A DNA stretch of 48,341 bases from Microthyrium microscopicum (taxonomy: Eukaryota): positions 71,256 through 119,596 of the forward strand of contig MU004245.1 of the NCBI GenBank assembly GCA_010405405.1, in the 5' to 3' direction. Made by a program: the position numbers and the translations under genes. The notes beneath the pieces are model-generated. The model saw nothing but the letters and a program-made list of their open reading frames with translations, searched no databases and was not told the DNA's origin. Below are positions 34,986-47,966 of the stretch, piece after piece. The first letter of the stretch is position 1; the number at the start of each line of letters is the position of its first letter.

Positions 34986-37740
34986 GATTGCGGACGACTG
35001 GCAATGGCAAGTATTTGTGGTGTTGAAGATCAGGAAGAGTTTGTGTACAGGGGTAATTTGGAGGCCACGCTAAGTCAGGTCTTGGCAGCCTTGTGTTCAG
35101 CCTTATGCTCAACTCCAGTGGGAATAATCTAGCGCCATTCGCTAAACGAAATTATTTTGTGTCAGTTGAAACGTGCTGCGAATACCGTTCGTGAATAGTT
35201 GACCAATATTTGAATCCGAATACATCCTTTCCATCGTCTACAATATCGATTGCTCTCTGCGTTTGCTCCTGCCATGGAAGCTGACATATGGTTGACAAAG
35301 ACTCAACGCAGATGCCCATGTAAAGTATATATTGATCAAGACACTTGCTACTTTTGTAATGACAAATGAATACTCTTGCCATCCGGATTGATTTCCACCC
35401 TCTTCAAGCTTTTGGTAGTTAAAACGCTTGCCTCGCCTCGCCTCTCTTCATCATCTTCTCTTCTCCGTGGTCGACTCGCGTCTCGCGGCCAACCCATCCC
35501 TTCGCTGGTGATGAAATCGACAATGCCTTTCTTGGACCTGTTCCTCAGTTATAGCCATCTTCCTGTCAGGCCACAGTGCTCTCAATGCACTCTGGAAACA
35601 CCCTTCTGGTCGTCAGGACTCAGATCGTTCCATCATGCTTCAAGTCCGTCGCCAATCGCCATTCCCATCGCAGAAGATGTTTGACTTCGACTTCGAAGCC
35701 CAAGACTTATCGTCCTCGATGTGATTGACGAAGAAGCAAATCAACATTGAACTCCAAAATGTCTTCCCGATGACCCACTGCCCAAGCTGGAACTGGAACA
35801 GGGAACACCAATGGTTTGGAACAGACAAAGCCACCATCCGATATCAGTACTTCAACAGAGAAGGCATCTTGGTATTGCCTAGATCCGGTCCGATCCAAGC
35901 CGACAATTATAGTGTGCCAGCCAGTGTCAGTTCTGTCAGTTCGAGATTGCGCACACGCATCTGTACCAGATGACTCAAGTGTCAGCGCCAACCTACTTTG
36001 ATCGATCGTTTACTGCTTAGCAGCCTTTGCAGCCTTTGAACTTGTCACTCAAGGGATCTATCATCAAAGCCTCATGCAGCAGGATTGTCCCGGCAGAATT
36101 CACTAAACCTCAACATTCTTCATAGATACAGCATGAAGATGATCTAACAGTCTTATTCTTTCGGGTGCGGGGCTCATGGATAAGACTGGGGAGTGTTTGG
36201 CGACGCTTCTCAGAACCCGGGAGCCATGGGTGAAGAATCCGGGTGATTTCGCGGTCATACACAACTTGTTTCTTCATTTATAGTTTGGGCCAAAGGCAAA
36301 TCGGTTTTCTGAGATACCTGGTAAGCACCAGCTGTAATGGATCGACAAACATGAGCCACTAAAGATGGCCCATATAGAACTCAGCTAATATGTCGCAGGG
36401 AGACCATGACTAAAGATTTGCTGTAGGCCCGGCCCTCGAGAGAGGGGTCGAGATGCTTCGTGATCCGTCTTGTTGACACGATCAAGAAAGGACTGGGTCC
36501 CCTTGACACAGGCTCTTCTCGATGGGCGGATGGGATGGGATGCGGAATCCCTGGAGGTAGCGCGAGCCTTCGTAGTGGGTGGTGGGTGGGATCACTACGA
36601 CTGGTAGACAGTTATCAGAAACCTCTTTTGTTATACTCTTCATATGACGTGACGTAACTCTGTGATTCATCAGACTATGAAGTTCCGAAGTTACTCGTAA
36701 AGGCAGGTATCGGCCAGTGACCTAGCAAATATCATAAACACACTTGAGGTGCCTATGAATGTCAATCAGGCGCAGTGATCGTACTCAGATTCATGTCAAT
36801 CAAGAAGTGGAGTGACTGATTTCCATTGTAATCTGTCACCGCAACAAAACAAATGAAACCGCATATTAGATCTTCTATGACATATCTTGCTGCTTGAGAC
36901 ACTACATCATCTCCACTCTTCGTCAAAGCCCCAAAGGGCACCTCTCCAGTCTCGCAAACTATCTGATCAAGTCGTCATGTGCCGTACAATACATGAACAA
37001 TACAAATATGTCAAAGTGGACTGTCTGAAGCCACATTGCGCAATGTCAAGCGCCTATCAACCATGCGGGATACCACCAAGCCGGGCCCAGTCTTCCACGT
37101 CGGAGTCGACATTTCCAACCAGCAGCTCGCGAGACTCAAATATACCAAAGGCCGGGAACAAAGTCAAGGAAAAGTGTAGCATCATGTAGGGAGACCAATA
37201 AAGAAACGTTGTACTGTAGCGGATGGTGGAGACCCGATGAGGAATAGCGCAGCCTTGCTCAGCCTTATGACTAACAACCATATCGATGAAAGTAGGAACT
37301 CTTGACGCCGAGCATTGTGTTGAAGATGCTGATTTGTCGCTTTTGCTGAAGTGGCTTGAGGTTTACTAGTTCATCAATAATGAATGTTTATTGAAATTGT
37401 CCTTTGGATGACCCGCCAAGTGAATCGCAAAGTAAACCGCATGAACCCCATCAACGTTGATGGCTGCCACTACCTCTGTTAAATAGATAACGCGATATTT
37501 CCCAAAGCATTTGGCACAATAGGCAGTTTTAAACACCCTCTACGAACAAAAAACACTCAATTGGAGATCGCGGCGGATGAGAGACAAGGTACAGGTAGTT
37601 CGTGGTAGTAGCCCGTTTATTTTGCTATCCGATTGCCTGCTATACTTTAGCGCTATGGTTAGCAATAGTGATAGTGGCATCACTGTTACCTATTATACAT
37701 GCTCTAACCATGCATTTCTCAGCATGTACTTATGTCTCAG

Positions 37741-37941
37741 TCATCTTCTGGCGAGACAATCTCCATCTTTGCCCTGTAGAACATTCTTTGGAGGAGGATC
37801 CGATGCAGAAGAAGGTTGATGTGGAATTGAATGATGCTCAGTACAGTATGGAAGCTTGCATTGTGGATTTGGGCATGTAGCATTCATACAACCTGGCCAT
37901 TCGCATTGAGGAATCGCTGAATCTTGTCCAGGTGGAGCCAT
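37741..37941 (-). CDS. Possible small Cys/His-rich (AN1 zinc-finger-like) peptide, 66 aa
   Basis: ATG-initiated ORF containing CEWPGC-x4-CPNPQC-x4-C-x2-H-x4-H. It is short and could be spurious. Confidence 0.3.
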   Translation of the reverse strand: MAPPGQDSAIPQCEWPGCMNATCPNPQCKLPYCTEHHSIPHQPSSASDPPPKNVLQGKDGDCLARR

Positions 37942-38133
37942 ATCTAGAGAAGTATTTATTGCCCGAAGGGTCGACTGCTAGAGATTACCGTTAAAGCTGA
38001 TTTTCTGATGTTGCGCTTGGGGGCAGGAGTACTCTGAATAGCATTCTTCTTATATATTTCGTGAAGAAGCGGACGATTGGCTGACTTTTGTCACATACCT
38101 GTTGCCCAGTGGAATCGATCGCCAGTCTGAGAA

Positions 38134-39833
38134 TTACCAAGTGGTATCGATCTGATATCGCTTCCACATCTGCCAACTATCCGCCTCTTGAAACACTTTG
38201 ATACCGCCTTTTACTCCATGTTTACCTACTTTCCAGTATCCCCTCTCCACCATCTTCCGCCAGTTATCCAATAAATTTGCTAGCCTCAGTTGCGCAGCAT
38301 AATACACATGACTGTCCCCTGGTGAATACAGGCCATCGTAGAGACCCGCAGGCCTACTACGCTCCCAGGCTCCTTGATCGAGCCTTGTCCCGTCACTACG
38401 CCTGGCCCAGCCGTGGATTCCCACTTCCATAGGGAGCACAAGTTTTGCACCGTCTGGATAACAATGACTCCGTTGGAGGTACAGACCAGTCAGGAACCTT
38501 TCTTTGCGATCAAACGGCCATTCCCACTTTACCTGCTGCGCGGTCAAGAATTTGTCGTCCGCACGCAGAAAGAGGAACGGGAAGTCGAACGATTGGAGAT
38601 TATCAACACGCCGCTGCATATGTGGCTTGCTTAGATCAAATACGTCGCGGTCATTGAATTCTTGGATGCTTCGTTCGTGCAGTAGGGAAAGTCTCAAACC
38701 GGGTGCCACGTACGAGAAGCGTGGTTGGCGCATTTGTGATAGGAATGCTCTGAAGAATGCGTATTCGTCATTGCGATCATTGGGTGCCAGTCCAGCTTCA
38801 CTAAGGGACTCGTTAGTCCAAGCTGGAAGGATGGGTGTTCTCGGCGCCCTGTTGGGGAGTTTGGATTCGATTGTTTCGACTAGGCGATCCCACGCCTTGA
38901 GCGTAATTGGAAGAACGATGTCGTAATTTGCAGTGCGATACCTGTGGCTCACTTTAATTCAGAATGATCATGATTTGAGGCAATGTTGTCCCATTGAAAG
39001 AACCGAACCTTTAGCTTAGATTTCTGTTCGGGTAGGGAAGTATGTGATATCATATCAATCTCTCCGAGGAGAGAATATATGTATCTGATGATAGAAATGA
39101 CTTACCAGGGCGACGAGTCAGAGAATGTCCAGTCGGGGGGTCCATAGCCGACTGGAAACGCTTCTACACGCTTCTCGGCTACCATGTCCAGAAAACCTTG
39201 GAGTATGGACTCTAAAGGTACGTAAACATCTTTCTCCGGATCAAAACTGGCCCAGTTTATGGACCACAGAGAAAAGGCCTTATTCTCCTTGACGCCGAAC
39301 AGTATGCCCATCGAGCGACTGAATTCCGTACTAGTGCGATAAAGCATGATTCCATGTCGGCCTGCCTGGTAAAGCTTTGAGCTATCGTCCACTTTGTCAA
39401 GCCAGTCAAGCATTTCCGAAGGCCAAGACAATCCCCAAAATCCCCAGAAGAAGTGCGCCCAATTCGGGTCCCCGGGGTTGTCATTCTGTGCAGTCTTCAG
39501 AAACCGGGTCAGGTCAGGGGGAAATCGTCTCTCCAACTCTTCAAGCATAGATTGAGTTGATCGGCCATTGTCATTGCGGATGTTATTGTCCCAGTGAAAT
39601 TCCCACCAGCTTCTGGTGTCTCTTGTGCGCGATACATTGGCCTTTTCCCATCCAATGTCTAGGAGCTGATTGTGCAGAGTTGAACAGAGCTCCCAATCGA
39701 AATGCGCAGGTCGGAAGGGTGCTGTTGCTGTCTGTATAGCAGAGTCCCATATCTCTCGATACGATCCGACATAGATTGCGGACAAGATGGTAAGACCAGA
39801 TACCACAAGAAACCACAAGCGATCCGTATTCAT
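38134..39833 (-). CDS. Hypothetical Trp-rich fungal protein (~511 aa) with N-terminal hydrophobic segment
   Basis: ORFs 39102-39833 and 38134-38952 join in frame through intron 38942-39105 (GTAAGT...CAG), giving SSPW-YRTANY. The C-terminal RLANLLDNWRKMVERGYWKVGKHGVKGG resembles an uncharacterised fungal family (from recall). Confidence 0.75.
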
Positions 39834-41233
39834 TCTTAAGAAAAGCTAATGATGCTGGTGCTCAAAGTAGGTGACACTTGAAATCCCACGTTGTTGTCAC
39901 TGCGATCTAGAATCAGATTCTCTGACTATCTTTATCTTAGTTTCTCAGACGTAGTAAGCTACTTCAAAAATAGGTTACTTTTAGCTCCCTACTTAGTTAG
40001 AGAGCCTTTAGCTCTCGCTAATTAAGTATCCCTAGCTATCCTATATAGAACTTAGCTTACCCTTAGCTAATTAAATATTTTAAGACGTATATAATTTTAA
40101 AGTAGTTTACTATATCTAAGTAACTCTTATTCTATTTTAGTATATACTTACTTAATATTTATTAATAAAAGTAATTATTTTTAAACTATATTATCTTTAT
40201 AACTACTTATATTATTATATTAATTTTTATATTAGTTTAATTACCTTATTCTTCTCTTTAATTTATATTTACTATATTAATATAAAAGTATTATACTAAG
40301 TCTAGATATTTAGCTTAGAATAACCTAATTAGTAAGAGTTTAATTATAACTCTAATATAATAATAAAGATAGCTTACTTTACTAAAATAATAATTTTAAT
40401 TAGAAAGATAGTTTTTTTATTCTCTTAAGCTTATATTACTTTTTACTTTACTACTAAATTTTTTAATATTCTAGTTTTCTAGTTTATTACTTATCTATAC
40501 TTCTTTTCCTACGTAGTTAGAAAGTTAATATAGTAGCAATATAAAAAAAAATAAAGAAGAAGAAAATATAAATAAAGAAAAATATAAAGAAAATAAAGAA
40601 TAGAAAGAGTATAAAGAAAAAGAAGAATATAATAAAGAGGATAAATATAATAAAAAGAATAAATATAAAGAACTATATAATATTCTTAATACTTACTTCT
40701 CTTTAGTACCTTTTATTTCTTCTTTTATTATTATATATAGTAATAAGATAATAAATAATAAGAAGCTAGATTTAGTACTTATATATTTTAACTTTATTAA
40801 TTAGTTATTTACTAAGTTTCTTAATACGTAGATTAGAGTAAAGAAATATAATTAAAAGCTTACTATATAATATTAACTATATTAGTTAATAGAATAATAT
40901 TAACTTACCTTAGATTCTCTACTTAAGTTTTACTATTTAATAGATCTTATTAAGAATAAGGAGTATTTATAAAGCTTTATTAGTAAATTATAAAACTTCT
41001 TAGATATATCCTAGTTTAGTTAGTTTAATTTTAAAGTAGCTTTAAGTTTTATTAACTTTATTATAAGTATTAAGTAGTTATAGTTAGTAGCTCCTTAATA
41101 GGTAGCTTTTTATTATAATATAATATAGTATAATTAGAGTAAGTATAGTTTATATAAAGCTAGATCTTTAAGTATAGATAATCTATATATCTTTTTTATT
41201 ATTACTATAGTATATAGCTATTAAAATTATTAA

Positions 41234-43640
41234 AAGTCTAATCTTCTATATTTATATTTAGGTATATATCTTTATTATATTAGTATTAAAAGAAGAATTA
41301 TATAGATATTAGATATATTTAGTATTTACTATAAGTATTATTATATTATATAGATTATAAATTAGATTACTAGTTATTTAAGAGTAAGATTATCCTTTTT
41401 AGTAGTATTTTATTCCTTATTCTTATTTATTATCTATTATATATTATTATAATAACTTTCTAGTGTTCTTCTTATAGTAAAATATAGATGTTAGAATGCT
41501 TATATAAGTATCTTTATATATTCTATATTTGCTTTTACTACTTCTTACTAGCCCTTATTTATTATAAGGCCTTCTAATATCTATATTTTATAGACTATAA
41601 ATATTAGAAGGCTTATATAAATATCTTTATATCTTTTATAATTATCCTTACTAGCCTTAGGTATTTTAGAGTTAGTTTATAACTTTATACTAATATATTT
41701 ATAATAAAAGCTTATTATATTTACCTCTAATCCTTATATAAGCCTTATTTATAATAACTTTAACTATAAGAATTAAATTTAGAATAAGAGAGTTAGCTAT
41801 AGTTATATTATAAGAAATTTAACTATAGTTACTATAGTTAAATATTCTTATTATTTACCTAGTAGGTTAACTTAAGATATATATAATCTAATATATAAAT
41901 TGCCTCTATGCTTAATTATAGATTTTTCTCTTTATAAAGGATACCTAATTAGTAAACTTATAGCTAATACTATTAAAAAAGTCTTAATATATATAAGTCT
42001 TAAAGAAACCTTTAAGACTAAACTTAAGAGTAAGTTTACTAATAATAAGAATAAGAAGAAAAAACTAGTATAGCTATAACTTAATTAATTTCTCTTAATT
42101 AAAACTAAATATTAATAGCTTACTAGTATATTTAAAAATAAGAGTACTATAAATAGTATATATAATATATATTATAAGATCTTTATAGATATACTTAAGT
42201 TTTTAAAATATAGCCTAAATAAAGTAGATATATTAAGTATAAACTTCTTATTAATATTTATAGCTAACTAACTTATTAATAAGTAAACCTTATATTTTTA
42301 CTTATTAATTATTTCTTATATATAGAAATTAACTTAGTATAAAGAATAATTATACTATAAAATCTAAGTAATTTTATTTATCTTAAGCCTTTAATTAAAA
42401 GGAGTAGCTTTATCTAGTTATTAAGTAATTTTATACTTAAAAGTGTTTTAAAGAGAATATTATTAAGAGCTATTAGGGACCTATTAACTACTATAAGTAT
42501 GCTTTATATTCTATTAAGCATAATATTACTACTTAGAGTTACTTAAAGAATAAAATATACTAGTTTATTTAGTTATATAAGCTAGAACTTATTTTATAAT
42601 AAGTATTTAATACTTAAAACCTAGCCTTATTTAAGCTTACTTTACGTTATTATAGATACTACTCTTTAAATATAACTTCTAATATACTAGTAGATAATAT
42701 AGTTATAGGAAATATTATTAAGATATTAATAATAGATTAGGTAGTTAAAATTATCTAGGATATTTAAACCCTTATATATTAGGTAGAAAGTTAGACTAGT
42801 TTATATAAAAATAAAGAAAGTAGTATAATAGTACTAGAAAACGTTAATATTTAGTTCTAAACGTTATATTAATATATATAAGAGATCTATTTATTATTAA
42901 TACTAAAGCATATTATTAAATATATAGATATTAGTTTACTTTATTAGCTAATTAATTCTATAATATATTAGTTCTATAGGTTTAGTTCTAATAATTATAG
43001 TAATAAGATAATATAACTCAAGTAGAATATACTAGATACTATTAATAAACTAAAGTTATAATACACTATATTAGCTTCTAGCCTAGTTAACTAGCTTAGT
43101 AAACTATATACTTATAAAGCTATAGATTTAGGCTTAGAATATATAAATAGTAATATAAAACTAGATATAAAGGCTTAAAAAAATTTAACTTATAATATTT
43201 ATACTACTTTTAATTATATATACTTTATAAATAGTTTTAGTAAAGAGTTAAAAGCTATATTAGAGGATTTATTTAGTAAATATATATCTAGTATAAAAAG
43301 TATTACTACTATAAAGCATAATATTAATATAATATATAATACTTTAATTTAAGGTAATTTTATAAAGTATTAGTCTTTAAAGGCTATTTAGATTAGAGGA
43401 AATAATTATAACTCTTAAGATATATAGATATTTAGAGCCTTAATACTTATTAGTAAAGTAAAAGTATTTAATAAAAAGTATATAATAATTCTAAATTAAG
43501 TATATATAATACTTAAGAATAGTAAAGATATTAAGCTAGAGTTTAATACTAGTATAGTAGTAAATTATACCTAAGCTTAAGATACTAAAGAAAAAAATAA
43601 GTTTAATAACTTTAGAGATATTAATAGATTTTAACCTAAG
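41234..43640 (+). pseudogene. RIP-inactivated DUF6589/Academ-like DDE transposase
   Basis: De-RIPed motifs in the expected order: LGIYLH..GVKRRVI..L..FGIC.GY (41258-41338), VYDNFNY (41747-41767), ADQLT (42263-42277), EWLYPVIG.FH...HWG (42402-42480), IKY.DIG (42915-42935), F.G.GSNNY..E (42972-43007), LVN..G....AIDLGLEH.N (43083-43148). The first three share one frame and the last four share another, with intron-like gaps between. Gene ends are approximate. Confidence 0.78.
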
Positions 43641-43974
43641 TTTTTAAATTAGTTTAATTATATATATTATAATAAAAGGGCTTAACTTATTAAATTTACT
43701 TACTTATTAGCAAAGGGTTATTTAAGAGCTTATTAAGCTAACTAAGTATTAGTAAATATAGTTAGTAATCTAGTATTTTTAGTTTATAACTTAGGAATTA
43801 TCTTAACTTTTAAAGAGCTCTTATAATTTATACTACTTTACTTATAACTACTTTTATCTTTCTTATTTATAAACCTATCCTAATCTAATTAGTTTTAAAG
43901 GTTTATTTATTTATAAGTAATATAGATATAGTACTATAGTAGATACTAATCTTATTTCTCTTATTAATCTATAG

Positions 43975-44120
43975 GCTAATCTAAGTCTAGTCTTACTAAG
44001 CCTAAATATAATATCTAGGTCTTTTTTATAAACCTTTAAGCTAATCTAAGCTTAGTCTTACTAAGCCTAAATATAATATCTAGGTTTCTCTTACTAACCT
44101 TTAGGCTAATCTAAGTAACC
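43975..44120. repeat. 65-bp tandem repeat (~2.2 copies) in RIP block
   Basis: GCTAATCTAAG occurs at 43975, 44040 and 44105. Confidence 0.8.
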
Positions 44121-46243
44121 TCTTACGTATTTCTATTATATTAAGTATTATTCTTTATAAGAAGTATTATAATATTAATAATATAGTAGATAAAATTTAT
44201 TATATTCTTTCTAATCTACTTATCTTTAGTATAATTAGTAGTAAGTATTATAATACTAACTACGTTATAATATTAGTATCTATCTAATTATTCTAAACTT
44301 ACTTATCTTTAATATAATTAGTAGTAAGTATTATAATACTAACTATATTATAAAGCATAACTATTCTATTACTCTAGACTTACTTACTTTTAGTATTATT
44401 AGTAGTAAGTATTTCTAAGTACTAAAGTACTAAGTATCTTATTAGTATATAGTATTATCTACTCTATATTAAGCTAATCTAGAATTATTCTAAACTAATA
44501 AAACTATTTATACTTTTTACTTAAAGCTAAAATTACTCTAGCTCTAAATTCTTCTATATTTAAGATATATTAAAGTTAATATACTATCTTATAACTAGGA
44601 TGTACTAAAGTCCTTACTCTATATTATACTAAAGAAAAGTAGTTAAATTTTAAGTACTTATTAAATATTTAGCTACCTTACTACTAATTCTTCTACTATA
44701 TATAATATTAAGTAAGACTACTACGTTATAATCCTTTATTTAGTACTATATCTTTTTAGCTTTAATTAGTTTATTAGTTACTCTATCTATAGATTCTTAA
44801 AGTCCTAAAAGTTTATCTATATAATAGTTACTTAAGTACTAGTTTTTAATACTAATAGTTCTATTAATCTTAAATAGTATACTTATATACTAAATTTCTT
44901 TTATATATATATTACTAATAATAAGTACTATACTTTCTATAATAACTACTCTTATCTTAATAATAATAAGATTTTATAAATAACTAACTAGAAGTTAACT
45001 TATATAGATAGTATTAAAGGCTTATAGGTCTTTATTATTTAAGTTATCTATAATTATTTATATTAGCTATTTCTATTAATAGAAATATATAAGAAAATAT
45101 ATAGAAAGACTTACTTCTATAAGTAGTTTATTAAATACTACTCTTATATTAAAAGCTTTTATCTAATTTAGGAAGAGAGAGTTTAAGTACTAAATAGTAA
45201 TAATAATACTAATAGCTTATATACTTATTAACTCTATACTATACTAAATAAAAGTAGTTAAAGTTTAAGTATTTTTATCTAATTTAAAAGAAAAAAGTTT
45301 AAGTACTAAATAGTAATAATAATACTAATAACTTACTAGAGCTTAAATAAAATACTTTTATAGTACTTAATACTCTCTATATTATTATAGATATAATTTT
45401 AACTATTAATAGTAATAATAATTAGTTAGCTAAAGTCTTTACTCTATATTATATTAAAGAAAAATAATTAGAGTTTAAGTATTTAAGCTTTATTTAGGAG
45501 GTAAGATTTTAATATCTAATAATAACTTTATAAGACTAGAATACTCTTTATATATATTTTAAAGTAACTTAATAATAAGTATAGATTTAAGTATAGTAAA
45601 ATTCTATTAAGAATAAGTAGTATTATAAGTTACGCTAATATATAAATATTAATAAATATATAGATTTTTATAAGCCTTCTAGGTAGTAGAATTATCTAGA
45701 TACTAAATTAGCTATCTTACTTAGAAGAGTAGGTTTACTAAGAATACTTTCTAATTATAGTAAGGCTTTAGTTAAAAAGGAGTAGTACTATAAGTTATAC
45801 TAGTATATAGAAATTAATAAGTATATAAGTTAACTATTTTACTTAGAAGAGTAGGTTATAAAGGATACCTTCTTAATACTATATATTATAATAGGTATTA
45901 ATTACTATTAAAGGTTTTATAAGCCTTTTAGACGCTAGGAATATCTAGGTACTAAATTAGCTATCTTGCTTAGAAAGATAAGCTTACTATACTATTTTGT
46001 AGGTCTTTTTACTACTAGTAGCTACTCTTAGCTTTTTAAGATAGATAATATTCCCTATTATAAGTAATATAGATAATATTTATTATTATTTTAATTAAAT
46101 GCCTTAGTAGTAATTCTTTCTATTTATAACTTATATATTAGGATATATATAAATATATAGGTATTAATAGGTTCTAGTAGGTATTAATAGGTTCTAGTAG
46201 ATATGTCTATATAAGTAGTATTATTAATAGTAAAAATAACCCC

Positions 46244-46515
46244 TAGTTAAAATAGAAGCTTATATTCTATAAGATAGTAGATTTAAGAACTATAACTACT
46301 TAGTTAAAATAAAAGCTTACGTTCTATATAATAGCGAATTAGAGAACTATAACTACCTAGTTAAAATAGAAGCTTATATTCTATAAGATAGTAGATTTAA
46401 GAACTATAACTACTTAGTTAAAATAGAAGCTTACGTTCTATAAAATAGTAGATTTAAGAACTATAACTACTTAGTTAAAATAGAAGCTTATATTCTATAA
46501 GATAGTAGATTTAAT
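46244..46515. repeat. 57-bp tandem repeat (~5 copies) in RIP block
   Basis: TAGTTAAAATARAAGCTTA occurs at 46244, 46301, 46358, 46415 and 46472. Confidence 0.92.
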
Positions 46516-46809
46516 ACTATAATATAAGTGCTCTAGCTATAAAGTATATAAAGAATATTATATTAGTTAAAAGATTAATAATAAAAATATAGTAATTCTT
46601 AGAAAAAATATAAAAAATAAGTTTTCCTAGTAGGTCTAGGTACTTTACTATCTTAAGCTTTAGCTTTACTAGATTAGAATAGAAGATTAGTAATAAGAAT
46701 ATAGTAATCTTTAGAAAGAATATACTAAATTAGTTAAAAGATTAGTAATAAGGATATAGTAATTCTTTAACCTTTCCTCTTCTTCTTCTTCTTCTTTTCT
46801 TCTTCTTTA

Positions 46810-47120
46810 GTACGCTAATAGCCTTAGCATTAGTAGTAAAGTACGCTAGTAATACTTCTTACTACTTTTAATTACTATTTAGTTATTTAGTCTTTAATAG
46901 TTCTTTTACTACTATTACTCTTTTAAGTTTAAAGACTTAACTACTCTAGTATACTAATAGCCTTAGTATTAGTAGTAAAGTATACTAGTAATATTTCTTA
47001 CTACTTTTAGTTACTATCTAGTCTTCTAGTCTTTAATAGTTCTTTTACTATTATTACTTTCTTAAGTTTAAGGACTTAACTATCCTAATATACTAATAGC
47101 CCTAGTATTAGTAGTACTAA
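46810..47120. repeat. 139-bp tandem repeat (~2.2 copies) in RIP block
   Basis: CTAATAGCCYTAG occurs at 46815, 46954 and 47093. Confidence 0.85.
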
Positions 47121-47364
47121 AGTACGCTAATAGCTTTAGTATTTTAGCCTAAGCTTAGTATATTAATAGTAGTAGTATCTCTTAGAAGTTTATTATAAGC
47201 ATATTTTAGCTACTTCTTAAAAAGACTAATACTATCTTTATAATATTAGGTTTAAATTTACTTAAAGAGAAATTCTTAAGAGTTTATAAGGTATAAATAT
47301 CTTTCTTTCCTTATTTATCTTCCTCTTCTTCTTCTTTTTCTATACTATCTACTTATAGTACTTT

Positions 47365-47606
47365 TACTAAAGTATAAATAAGCTCTATAAAACTATAATT
47401 ACTCTATCTTATTAAACTAATAGCATAGAGTCTACTATCTACTTTAAGCTAATACTAGAGTATAAATAAGCTCTATAGAATTATAATTACTCTATTTTAC
47501 TAAACTAATAATATAGAGTTTACTACTTACTTTAAGCTAACGCTAAAGTATAAACTAGCTTAATAGAACTATAATTACTCTATTTTACTAAATTAATAGT
47601 ATAGAA
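47365..47606. repeat. 88-bp tandem repeat (~2.7 copies) in RIP block
   Basis: GTATAAA...TATAATTACTCTAT units start at 47372, 47460 and 47548. Confidence 0.85.
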
Positions 47607-47730
47607 TCTTATAGGAGTTTAGAAGCGCTTACTATAATATTATATACTCTTCTTTATAGCTCCTATAGAACTTAAAATTAATACCCTTAAGGAAAGCTAG
47701 CTTACTTTACTACTTTTAGTAATACCTCTA

Positions 47731-47966
47731 CTATAGCTTTTATTATAGCCTATCTAGATATAATAATTATAAAGAAGGTACTTATATTAGTAACTATAGT
47801 AGCTTTTATTATAGCCTATTTAAGTATAGCTATTATAAAGAAGGTACTTATACTAGTAACTATAGTAGCTTTTATTATAGCCTATCTAGGTATAGCTATT
47901 ATAGAAAAGGTACTTATACTAGTAACTATAATAGCTTCTATTATAGCCTATTTAGGTATAGCTATT
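47731..47966. repeat. 66-bp tandem repeat (~3.5 copies) in RIP block
   Basis: GCTTYTATTATAGCCTAT occurs at 47736, 47802, 47868 and 47934. Confidence 0.92.

Noticed and set aside
366..35073. Many long antisense or overlapping ORFs in the supplied track (e.g. 1481-2032, 11304-11882, 32939-33409, 34444-35073)
   Set aside because: They are shadows of real genes on the opposite strand or in another frame, with no independent motifs.
35150..36000. Coding-like minus-strand sequence upstream of bmt6
   Set aside because: All frames are interrupted and no motif was recognised. It may be a decayed gene, but the sequence does not support a call.
40495..40530. Possible helicase Walker A remnant (CCTACGTAGTTAGAAAG)
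   Set aside because: De-RIPing does not give GKS/T in the same frame as PT.
46244..47966. Regularly spaced repeats resembling a CRISPR array
   Set aside because: These are head-to-tail tandem units without unique spacers, in a eukaryotic RIPed region with no cas genes.
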